Assembly (NCBI GenBank): GCA_045648175.1
Contig: JAZRNN010000029.1
Location: forward strand, 9,414-73,413
Length of the DNA: 64,000 nt
Source: Clostridia bacterium
GTDB taxonomy: Bacteria > Bacillota > Clostridia > Monoglobales > Monoglobaceae
Direction of reading: 5' to 3'
The notes beneath the pieces were generated by a model. That model saw only the letters and a list, made by a program, of their open reading frames with translations. It was not told the DNA's origin and did not search any database. Position numbers and translations under genes: made by a program. This document shows positions 1 through 8,149 of the stretch, one piece after another. How positions within the stretch are numbered: the stretch's first letter is position 1; each line of letters starts with the position of its first letter.

Positions 1-1967
1 GTGTAATCACATCTTGAACATGTTTCATATGCATCCCAGCCTATTCCTTCACATGTCTGTGGCTGTGCATCATGATTTATTATATCATGGTGGCCTGTTT
101 CACATCCATCTGTTGGAATGTCTCCAGTAGGAATATCTCCTGTAGGAACGTCACCTGTGGGAACATCACCTGTGGGAACATCACCTGTAGGAACGTCGCC
201 TGTAGGAACATCACCTGTAGGAACGTCACCTGTGGGAACGTCACCTGTGGGAACGTCACCTGTAGGAACGTCACCTGTGGGAACGTCACCTGTGGGAACG
301 TCACCTGTAGGAACGTCACCTGTGGGAACATCACCTGTGGGAACATCACCTGTAGGAATATCACCTGTAGGAACGTCGCCTGTAGGAACATCACCTGTAG
401 GAACGTCACCTGTGGGAACATCACCTGTGGGAACATCACCTGTAGGAACGTCGCCTGTAGGAACGTCGCCTGTGGGAACGTCACCTGTGGGAACGTCACC
501 TGTAGGAACATCACCTGTAGGAACGTCGCCTGTAGGAACGTCACCAACATTATGACTCTTATTATCAACTGCAATTACATAATTAGATGCATGACTAAAT
601 GTAAATTTAGCATTACCATTTTCATCAATTTCTACAGCTTCCTGGAATTCCAAAGAATTTGTTGCAGTATTGAAGTAATATAAATTTGCCCATTTACCTA
701 CACTCTCTGAACCCAATTCAACATTCAGATACATTGCAAAACCAAATTCACCATTATGTGTTAATTCAACTTGAATTCTTTCTTCAGCTTCAACTTCTTT
801 AACCACATCAGTAGGAATTGTTGTTACATTTAGTTGTACATTTAAGTTTATTTCGCTGAAGTTTAAATCTTCAGGAATATCCTGACCCTTAATTGTCCAG
901 CTAATTTCATCAGTCAGGTTGAATTTAAGGGTCGCTTCGGTTCCTGCAATTGTTTCAAATATTTCAGCAGGAACTTCTTCTGCACCATTCATGTCAACAA
1001 TGAATGTTTCTTCTTCGGAGTTCGAGATCGCATCCTTAATATCTTCCCAACCCGTAGTTCCTTCCATTGAAGGAATATCCCCTGATGGGATATCACCTGT
1101 AGGAATGTCGCCTGAGGGAATATCGCCTGAGGGAATATCGCCTGAAGGAATGTCTTCTGGCGGAATATCACCCGATGGACTATCTTCTATTACCTCTTCA
1201 TATCCGCAGTCAGTACAAATATTATCAACAATATTGTGAGGATTAATTACGATATGCTTTTCATCATTTGCACAAACCTGTTTGTGATTATCCTCATCAA
1301 CTTGCGTGCACCTACCATAGCTGTGTCCGAGCTCAGAAATTACTTCTGTGTCTTCAACGCCACAACCTGTTCTCTTACAAATGCGCACCTTTAATCCCTC
1401 TTCTTCACAAGTAGGCTCTGTTTCTACATTCCAGTCACCCCAATCGTGACCTTCATTGCAATCAACGCCGTCAACGTTAACAGTACCAGCTACGTAATTA
1501 AATACAACTGGAACACCGCTATTATTAACGAGATCGCTAACGATTGAGACTTTAGCCTTTCCCGAAGGGGCATTTTCCTTAACTACAAAAGTAATACCAA
1601 ATACAGGTGCATTAGAAGTGGTAAATGCACTAGCATTTGCACATGTAATTTTACCTGTTTCTATATTGCTCTGTACAGTAAAGTTAGGAAGATAAGTAAT
1701 GGCTACCCCTGGAAGAAGCTCATGCTCATATGTTGACTCAAACGCCTTCAGCTCCAAACGGTCGGTATCGTAATCTACCTTCCATTCAAAATTTGTAAAG
1801 CCTGGGTTGTTTGCAACTGAAACTTCCAGTTTTACCTCGCTCCCAATAGCTGTGGGGGTCTCAATACTCTGAACGGTAACGGTTGGCTGATTGCTTGCCA
1901 TAACAGGCATAGCCAATGTTGTCAGCATTACAGCAATACTGAGAAAGATTGATAAAATCTTTTTCAT
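1..1967 (-). CDS. Secreted cohesin-like surface (scaffoldin-like) protein. The C-terminus runs off the window edge.
   Basis: Absent from the ORF track because no stop codon falls inside the window. Manual translation of the minus frame from the ATG at 1967 (AAAGGA RBS about 9 nt upstream) stays open to position 1. It shows a signal peptide (MKKILSIFLSIAVMLTTLAMPVMA) and a cohesin-like module of about 140 aa (VSVANNPGFTNFEWKVDYDTDRLELKAF...). These are followed by a Cys-rich module (GHDWGDWNVETEPTCEEEGLKVRICKRTGCG...), PSGDI x7, a beta-rich domain, (PTGDV)x29 and a further Cys-rich module (QPQTCEGIGWDAYETCSRCDY). Confidence 0.75.
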   Translation of the reverse strand, partial: MKKILSIFLSIAVMLTTLAMPVMASNQPTVTVQSIETPTAIGSEVKLEVSVANNPGFTNFEWKVDYDTDRLELKAFESTYEHELLPGVAITYLPNFTVQSNIETGKITCANASAFTTSNAPVFGITFVVKENAPSGKAKVSIVSDLVNNSGVPVVFNYVAGTVNVDGVDCNEGHDWGDWNVETEPTCEEEGLKVRICKRTGCGVEDTEVISELGHSYGRCTQVDEDNHKQVCANDEKHIVINPHNIVDNICTDCGYEEVIEDSPSGDIPPEDIPSGDIPSGDIPSGDIPTGDIPSGDIPSMEGTTGWEDIKDAISNSEEETFIVDMNGAEEVPAEIFETIAGTEATLKFNLTDEISWTIKGQDIPEDLNFSEINLNVQLNVTTIPTDVVKEVEAEERIQVELTHNGEFGFAMYLNVELGSESVGKWANLYYFNTATNSLEFQEAVEIDENGNAKFTFSHASNYVIAVDNKSHNVGDVPTGDVPTGDVPTGDVPTGDVPTGDVPTGDVPTGDVPTGDVPTGDVPTGDVPTGDVPTGDIPTGDVPTGDVPTGDVPTGDVPTGDVPTGDVPTGDVPTGDVPTGDVPTGDVPTGDVPTGDVPTGDVPTGDVPTGDIPTGDIPTDGCETGHHDIINHDAQPQTCEGIGWDAYETCSRCDY
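115..549. repeat. 29 head-to-tail copies of a 15-bp unit (ggaacRtcRcctgtR). On the minus strand they encode (PTGDV)n within the cohesin-like protein.
   Basis: Counted directly from the sequence. The units are contiguous with no spacers. Variants fall mainly at codon third positions, and a partial 45-bp higher-order pattern (tgtg, tgtg, tgta) is visible. Confidence 0.95.
1072..1176. repeat. 7 copies of a related 15-bp unit encoding (PSGDI)-type repeats in the same protein.
   Basis: Direct reading. The minus-strand translation is PSGDIPPEDIPSGDIPSGDIPSGDIPTGDIPSGDIPS. Confidence 0.9.
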
Positions 1968-2028
1968 AATATCAAATCCTTTCTAAAATGATATATATTT
2001 TTATAGACCATAGCACACGCTATGTTAA

Positions 2029-5000
2029 TTAATAACTTACAACATACTTTAAGATTTCTACTGCATCATCACTGTTTACTTTTCCGTCATTATTGATGTC
2101 TGCATAATTTATATTAAAGTTGTCGTCTGTATACCCAACAACATACTTAAGTATAAGAACAGCATCGTCACTGTTTATCTTGCCGTCGCAGTTTGCATCA
2201 CCCAAATTATACTCAGGAATATATTTTTCCTTTAAATATCCAAGACGTTTTTCTAACCATGTTTTCATATCAGAAACAACCAACTCATAATTTGCATTGT
2301 CCCAAATATGACCTTCAGCTTTTGGATAACCAACTTTAACATAAGGCCACAGTTTATAGTTCATTTCTGCATTTTTATAAAGGGCATCATAATGATTATC
2401 AATTGTTCCGCCTTCTTTGTATGTTTCTGTTATAATACCTTCTGCAGTATTTTCAAAAAAGTCTGCAAATTTTTGCTTGAAAACCGGTATTCCCATAAGA
2501 GCTTCTACAAGATAACGATTGGTATAGACATCTGTATTATATGGATTTTCTATTGACCAGCCTGTTCCCAAGGTTATATCCTGATCCCAGATAGGTCCAA
2601 TGTGCATTATACTGTCAGCATCTTTATTAAAGTATACTGATGAAATAAATCCGTCCGGATTAGCACCAATTCCATGTAAGACAACCATCTTAACAAGCGA
2701 ATCAATGTCTACATATTCATAGAAGTATTTACCTGTTGCCTGGTTGTAACCGGTGTACTTTCCGTCTATGTCTTTTGCATATACTGCATCTTCAAATTCC
2801 TGATAATACTCACTGATATATTTAACAGCATTTTTACTTAACCATTCAGGAGATTTAATATTAACTCCTTTACCTCTTTTGGTTTTAAAGCCATTAATTT
2901 CATCATATTCAGTCTTATTAAGCTCGATTAAATATCCACCTGTAATATTTTCAGGGTCAGTAAGTCCGGTAGTGTATTTGTACTCACAATTGTAATCATT
3001 ATACGCAATCTCAGTTGTGACAATCTCACCATAGCCCGGATTGATGTCTTCGTAAGCCTTTTCCAGATCAGTAATATCAACTGAGGTTTTACCTACTGAA
3101 TTCTTTTCAGTGATGAGGTATACTCCACGATATTCTCCATCATACCAAAGATTTACCCAATCAGTGCTTGCAACATAATCAAAATCCATTTGTTTAGCCA
3201 TATCCTTGAAGAGTTTGTCATGCATAAGTGTTGCATCTGCATAGTTTGCAAGCAATACCCATGTTTTAACCTTCTCGCCATTGCCCAACAAATCTGATTT
3301 GTCACTCAGTTTAATCTGGTAAGCTTTTTTATCGTAATATGTAAATGTCGAATTTCCACGTGCTTTTATCTGCGTCAAGCCACCATCATATATTTTATTT
3401 CCTGATGCATTTATCAAGGTCATATTGCCTGTAGCTTCATTTCCCTTTACGCTATCAACAAATTCCCTATCCTTGTCAACTTCGCTACTGTTTATAAACA
3501 TTGATGGTATACCGGCACCACACATAATTTTTATCTGAGTCTGTTTATAATCTCCGATTTTTATATTTATATTATAACAGTTATCACTCAAAGTTGTCAA
3601 TTGACTTAAATCAATTTGGAAGGTATTTTCGCCTGTTTTGGCAATAAAATCAACTTTTCCTTTATCGCCGGATATTTCGCCAGTGATTTCATTGAGCAAA
3701 CTGTCTGCCGTAAAGTTTATTGCCAGTGAACTTATGTCACTATGCGAGGGCAGCATAATATAGTTAATGTCATCTTCTTTTATGAGCTTTACATCAAAAT
3801 CAGTTCCTGCAATTGATATATCACTCAAGTTATGAATTACCTCCGGCAGTGAAGCTGTTGTTGCACTATAATCAGCATAACCCGATGTTATTGTTTTAGC
3901 CTCTCCGTCAGTTGTAGTAGCTGATGCATTAATAGAAAACTTATAATCCCTGTTTGGCAAAAGATTTTCTACCTTAAATGACTTACCTGTAGTTTCTCCC
4001 AATAATCTTCGTGTTCCATCTGTATAATCATATACCAAAAATTTATCGGTTTTTGCGTATATATTCTTCCAACTGAGTGTTATTGAATTCGTTGTGACAT
4101 CAGCTTTAATGTCTTGTACTTTAGGTAATTTAATGTAATATTTTAATTCTCTTTCTCCATAATAATTACCGGTGCCTGTGAACTTCATAATCGAGTATCC
4201 TATTCCTGTCGGATTAGAATACGAAACATCTAAGTCTCTCATAGTACCATCATCATTTGGTATTGCACCACGGGCCCAGGTAAGAGTTGTTTTTCCGTCT
4301 TCAGTAGCATAAAACAACGGGTGAACTCCGCCTTGTTTATAATTATACGCTGGTGTACCGCCTGTCCAAGGATTTTCTAATGTATTAAAATTAATGGTAA
4401 TATCCTCTATATTCTTTCCGGCAGTTTTGCATATTCTGCACACATAGTTTGCATCCCATTCATGTCCCTGCGGGAAAATATAACCACTATTTTCCCCGCT
4501 TTTACAATTCGAGCAAGTGTATCTTACATATCCACCTCTTACACAAGTATAATTTTTCACTTGCGTTGTAATATACGCAACACCATCAGCATGACAATGA
4601 TACATATCACCGCCTACCAGTTGCCAATCAGACTGTATAAGTTTGCCTAGCTTTGCATAATATGTCTTGCCACCGCTTTCAAATAATCCTGTATAGGTTT
4701 GCTGACCAACATTGATTCCGTCGTCACCAAAGTTATAATATAATCCGTCTGCTAACTGAACACCTGTGAGTCTTTCGCCATCAATATAATAAGCAAAGCC
4801 GCCATCTTCGTTTATCCAACCGTTTTTCTTTGACATTGAGAGCGTGTATCGGTCTTCAAAAGTCTTATATGTATCAGCAAAGTATGCGCCGCTTTCATCC
4901 TTTTCTTCACCGTTTGCATCAATGAAGGTATTTTTAAACGGATACAAGTTGTACATATCCTGATTGCCGAGATCGGTTGCAAAAGTATATAAAGCATTTG

Positions 5001-8000
5001 CTCTGAGATATATTGTGTACCCTACTTTTCCAACATGTATAGCATTCAGCTTGTCATTTTCTTCCCACACACCATCTTTGGGCGTCAGCTTAATTCCTTT
5101 GAGCATACAGAGAGGATTAGCTGTTTCTGCGTCAATGCTTTTTGTTTGGTCAATCCACTTAAGTGTTAAGGTAAGTTCATTTAATTCTTCATTGAGTTCT
5201 ACATTCTCAAGACGGAAATATTCATTTATTACTTTCATCTCGCTGCAGTCAATGTCAAATCTTTCATCAAATTTCAGCACAGGCTTTACCTCTGTAAGAA
5301 CGCTGACACGCTCTGCTAACTGGAGAAGGAAGTTCCATGCTGAAGCGTCAGCATCATCCGCACCGGGAAGCATAAATGTAAGGTCTGAAAGCTTTGAAGG
5401 GATCGGTATTTCTTCCATATCAATCGCAAAAAGATATGATGTAATCATATTTTCATCTGTATCTTCTGCAAAGTATGTAATTGCATCATCGCTTAATGCA
5501 TTTGAAACCTGACGGTCCCAGGCAAGCTGTCTGTCACCGCCTGTAGCCTTTGCAAAATCAAATGTATTTTCCCCCTGCTTGTAAAATTTAACAGGCAAGT
5601 TGCTTGTAATAGCTAAATTGTTTTTAAGTTTTGCGGTAATCACCGCACTTTCAACTAACATATCCTCTGCAGCATGAAATCTATAGCCATCAAAAGTTCC
5701 TGCAGTTTGCGGGTTAATTGACATAACAATATCATTTTCATTAAATGCAACTGCATTTCCCTCGTAAGTTGCATTAATGGGAATCTCTACATCTGAACCA
5801 TATACAACTTCTATAGCTTTTCTCTTGAAATCCACACTGCCGGGAGTTACTACGTTAATGGTCTTCTCGCCAATTGCTGCACCGTCACACAAAAGCTGAA
5901 TATCAAAAGTATTATTAGCTGTTCCTGTAAAAATACCAGCATCAGTGATTGTTGCAGCATCTGCATTTGTTGCAATTTTCCAAGTGCAGTTTTCAGGAAG
6001 AGGTACTACGTTGCCTGTCGCACTTAAACCAACAGGTGTAATTTTAATTGGCGTACCAACAGTTGCATATGAATATTCGCTATCCAGTCTTGCGTGGTCA
6101 AACTTTGTGGATGAAGGAGCGGTCGAAACTATCATAAGGGAAGTGCTTACCGAACGGGCATATCCATCAGAGGGACTGCTGGTAAGCTCCAAATCAGTTT
6201 TTCCTTCGGGCTTTGAAACAAAAGTTGTTGAACCTCCACCATCAAGATTAACTGCATTATAACAACCGGCTTCAAGCATTATCTGTGCAATTTCCTGCAT
6301 ACTGCCACCACAAGATACGGGTTCTTGTCTGCCGTCAAGAACCATAAGCACAACCTTTCCGGTTTTGGTTATACCAACAGCAGTTCTTGATGCACGGTCT
6401 TCATAATAAGTTGGAGTATGGCTAACCGCTATCTTGCCATCCTTTACAAGAGTTACGCCAAAGGCACCAACTGCGTCACGAAGTTTTTCTTTATATATGG
6501 TGTCATATTCTTTTGTAGTACCTATGACCGCTTCGCCCTCCTTGGTTATACCAAAGAAACCTGAAGCATTTATACCATGCCACTCTTTTCCGTCCATAAC
6601 CAACAGACCGCCCGGCTCGCCATTTGTCATATTGTATCCGTCTGCATTAACTGCCGCAACAACCTGATAATTTTTGATATATTTATCACTTTCAGGGTTG
6701 CCATACTTGTCTTGTGCAGCATTTGCCTGATCTAAAACTCTGGACATTGCCCATCCTTTACCCGGGTCGTTTTCATTATAATTCGCATAAACCGTAACAT
6801 TGGGGTTTGAAAGGTCTGCAGTGGTAACATAATAAACGATTTGCTTTCCGTCCGCTGTTGTAGAATAATGTTTTTCATATGTCACACCGGGTGCAAGAGA
6901 TGAATATATTGTGTTAAATTCTGAGTAATAGGGATTACTTTCAATCTCAATATAGTCACCTGCAAGGCTGCAGATATAATCGGCAAAAGTGTAACAAGCT
7001 GCTTTTCGCAAATTATTAATATTTTCCTGACTTGTTAAAAAGGTTCTTGTAGCCTCAAGTGTCGTAATCATTTTATTTCCGGTATATGCATTATACACCG
7101 CACGCCTTACCTGTTCTTTTGTTCCAACATTGCCAAGACGAGTCTTTAATAAGTATTCTGCTCGGTCTTTTACACTTAATCCCTCGGTAAAATATTCCAT
7201 AATAACAGATGTTAAGGTGCCTGTTCCGGTTTCAAAATCAAAGCTGTATCCTCTGTCAAGAACGGTGTTTAAAATATAATATGCGTCTAAATCACCATAA
7301 AAATCGCTCTCGCTGAATACATCGCTTTCCTGAGGATTTTTTAAAAAATAACCCTCTTTAAGAATATCAATCATTTCTTCAACAGTGCCGCTGACTTCAT
7401 CCGCATCAGCTGAAGATATAAGGTCAACAAGGTCACCTGCCCATCCACCAACATCGGCATGATTTTGACTGCCCTTATTGGTATATGAAATATCCATTGT
7501 ACCAAACATATGGCCAAAATCAACCTTGTCACCATTAGGAAGGTTAAAATCATTTATATTTTTAAGTGCTGTAAACTTTAAATACTCATCCAGGTTATCA
7601 ATCGACTCATTAAGTTGATTCTCGTAAGCTCTTACGAAATTGGCAAAACCCGCATCTTCATAACCTGCCATAATTCCCCATGAACCTGAATTATATCGCT
7701 CAACACCGGTACGGATATACTTTATCATAAGCTCTAATGGGTCAACTCCGGGATGTTCTATCGCATACATATTTGCAAAGCCCTCAAGCATATAAAGATT
7801 GTTTGCAAACTCCTCATAGCTATTAATTTGGGGTTCTCCAAGAGCAGGTATCGGTTTAAATGTTGTGTACGAACAACCTTGCCATATGTTTGCACAATAA
7901 TCATACGGCTCCCAACCATTTTCAGTGTATGTCGGTTTTTTACCTTCAACATGATAAAGATTGTGCCTGCCGCCATTGACGCACACATCACTGTTTGCAC

Positions 8001-8091
8001 CTACATCTTCTGCAAAAACAGGGATTGCCGGAATTACCATAGACAATGCTATCAGTAGTGAAGCACCTTTCTTTATGAAATTTTTCACCAT
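2029..8091 (-). CDS. Giant (about 2020 aa) secreted multidomain protein. It combines a phosphodiester glycosidase (NAGPA-like) domain, Ig-like/FN3 modules, cell-wall-binding-type repeats, a CotH kinase-like domain and a C-terminal type I dockerin.
   Basis: ORF track 2029..8109. The start is moved to the ATG at 8091, which has a GGAGGAG RBS and gives MVKNFIKKGASLLIALSMVIPAIPVFA (signal peptide). Supporting motifs are:
- RTAVGITKTGKVVLMVLDGRQ...AVNLDGGGSTTF for the phosphodiester glycosidase family
- KKAYQIKLSDK...WVLLANYADATLMHDKL...WYDGEYRGVYLITEK for CotH
- the duplicated Ca-binding dockerin repeats GDANCDGKINSDDAVLILKYVVGY and DINNDGKVNSDDAVEILKYVVSY. Confidence 0.85.
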   Translation of the reverse strand: MVKNFIKKGASLLIALSMVIPAIPVFAEDVGANSDVCVNGGRHNLYHVEGKKPTYTENGWEPYDYCANIWQGCSYTTFKPIPALGEPQINSYEEFANNLYMLEGFANMYAIEHPGVDPLELMIKYIRTGVERYNSGSWGIMAGYEDAGFANFVRAYENQLNESIDNLDEYLKFTALKNINDFNLPNGDKVDFGHMFGTMDISYTNKGSQNHADVGGWAGDLVDLISSADADEVSGTVEEMIDILKEGYFLKNPQESDVFSESDFYGDLDAYYILNTVLDRGYSFDFETGTGTLTSVIMEYFTEGLSVKDRAEYLLKTRLGNVGTKEQVRRAVYNAYTGNKMITTLEATRTFLTSQENINNLRKAACYTFADYICSLAGDYIEIESNPYYSEFNTIYSSLAPGVTYEKHYSTTADGKQIVYYVTTADLSNPNVTVYANYNENDPGKGWAMSRVLDQANAAQDKYGNPESDKYIKNYQVVAAVNADGYNMTNGEPGGLLVMDGKEWHGINASGFFGITKEGEAVIGTTKEYDTIYKEKLRDAVGAFGVTLVKDGKIAVSHTPTYYEDRASRTAVGITKTGKVVLMVLDGRQEPVSCGGSMQEIAQIMLEAGCYNAVNLDGGGSTTFVSKPEGKTDLELTSSPSDGYARSVSTSLMIVSTAPSSTKFDHARLDSEYSYATVGTPIKITPVGLSATGNVVPLPENCTWKIATNADAATITDAGIFTGTANNTFDIQLLCDGAAIGEKTINVVTPGSVDFKRKAIEVVYGSDVEIPINATYEGNAVAFNENDIVMSINPQTAGTFDGYRFHAAEDMLVESAVITAKLKNNLAITSNLPVKFYKQGENTFDFAKATGGDRQLAWDRQVSNALSDDAITYFAEDTDENMITSYLFAIDMEEIPIPSKLSDLTFMLPGADDADASAWNFLLQLAERVSVLTEVKPVLKFDERFDIDCSEMKVINEYFRLENVELNEELNELTLTLKWIDQTKSIDAETANPLCMLKGIKLTPKDGVWEENDKLNAIHVGKVGYTIYLRANALYTFATDLGNQDMYNLYPFKNTFIDANGEEKDESGAYFADTYKTFEDRYTLSMSKKNGWINEDGGFAYYIDGERLTGVQLADGLYYNFGDDGINVGQQTYTGLFESGGKTYYAKLGKLIQSDWQLVGGDMYHCHADGVAYITTQVKNYTCVRGGYVRYTCSNCKSGENSGYIFPQGHEWDANYVCRICKTAGKNIEDITINFNTLENPWTGGTPAYNYKQGGVHPLFYATEDGKTTLTWARGAIPNDDGTMRDLDVSYSNPTGIGYSIMKFTGTGNYYGERELKYYIKLPKVQDIKADVTTNSITLSWKNIYAKTDKFLVYDYTDGTRRLLGETTGKSFKVENLLPNRDYKFSINASATTTDGEAKTITSGYADYSATTASLPEVIHNLSDISIAGTDFDVKLIKEDDINYIMLPSHSDISSLAINFTADSLLNEITGEISGDKGKVDFIAKTGENTFQIDLSQLTTLSDNCYNINIKIGDYKQTQIKIMCGAGIPSMFINSSEVDKDREFVDSVKGNEATGNMTLINASGNKIYDGGLTQIKARGNSTFTYYDKKAYQIKLSDKSDLLGNGEKVKTWVLLANYADATLMHDKLFKDMAKQMDFDYVASTDWVNLWYDGEYRGVYLITEKNSVGKTSVDITDLEKAYEDINPGYGEIVTTEIAYNDYNCEYKYTTGLTDPENITGGYLIELNKTEYDEINGFKTKRGKGVNIKSPEWLSKNAVKYISEYYQEFEDAVYAKDIDGKYTGYNQATGKYFYEYVDIDSLVKMVVLHGIGANPDGFISSVYFNKDADSIMHIGPIWDQDITLGTGWSIENPYNTDVYTNRYLVEALMGIPVFKQKFADFFENTAEGIITETYKEGGTIDNHYDALYKNAEMNYKLWPYVKVGYPKAEGHIWDNANYELVVSDMKTWLEKRLGYLKEKYIPEYNLGDANCDGKINSDDAVLILKYVVGYTDDNFNINYADINNDGKVNSDDAVEILKYVVSY

Positions 8092-8149
8092 TTTCTCTCC
8101 TCCAATCAATAGTAACTATCTAAATATTAAATGGTTTTTATAAGATGGT

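Noticed and set aside
115-549. Possible CRISPR array or other non-coding repeat.
   Set aside because: The units are 15 bp, directly abutting with no spacers, kept in frame (a multiple of 3), and embedded in a long ORF. No cas genes are present.
72-683. Three overlapping ORFs from the track (72..683 +, 118..555 +, 80..574 -) that encode low-complexity repeats.
   Set aside because: They are artefacts of the stop-free 15-bp tandem repeat. The only frame continuous with a signal peptide, RBS and recognisable domains is the minus frame from 1967 to the window edge, which reads PTGDV.
4964-5512. 182-aa plus-strand ORF inside the giant surface-protein gene. Similar antisense ORFs occur elsewhere, for example 16470..16973, 25190..25576, 22479..22952, 29128..29679, 40337..40750 and 62850..63335.
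   Set aside because: All lie antisense or out of frame within long genes that have clear homology. They lack RBSs and have low-complexity or Ser/Leu/Phe-rich composition typical of shadow ORFs in AT-rich DNA.
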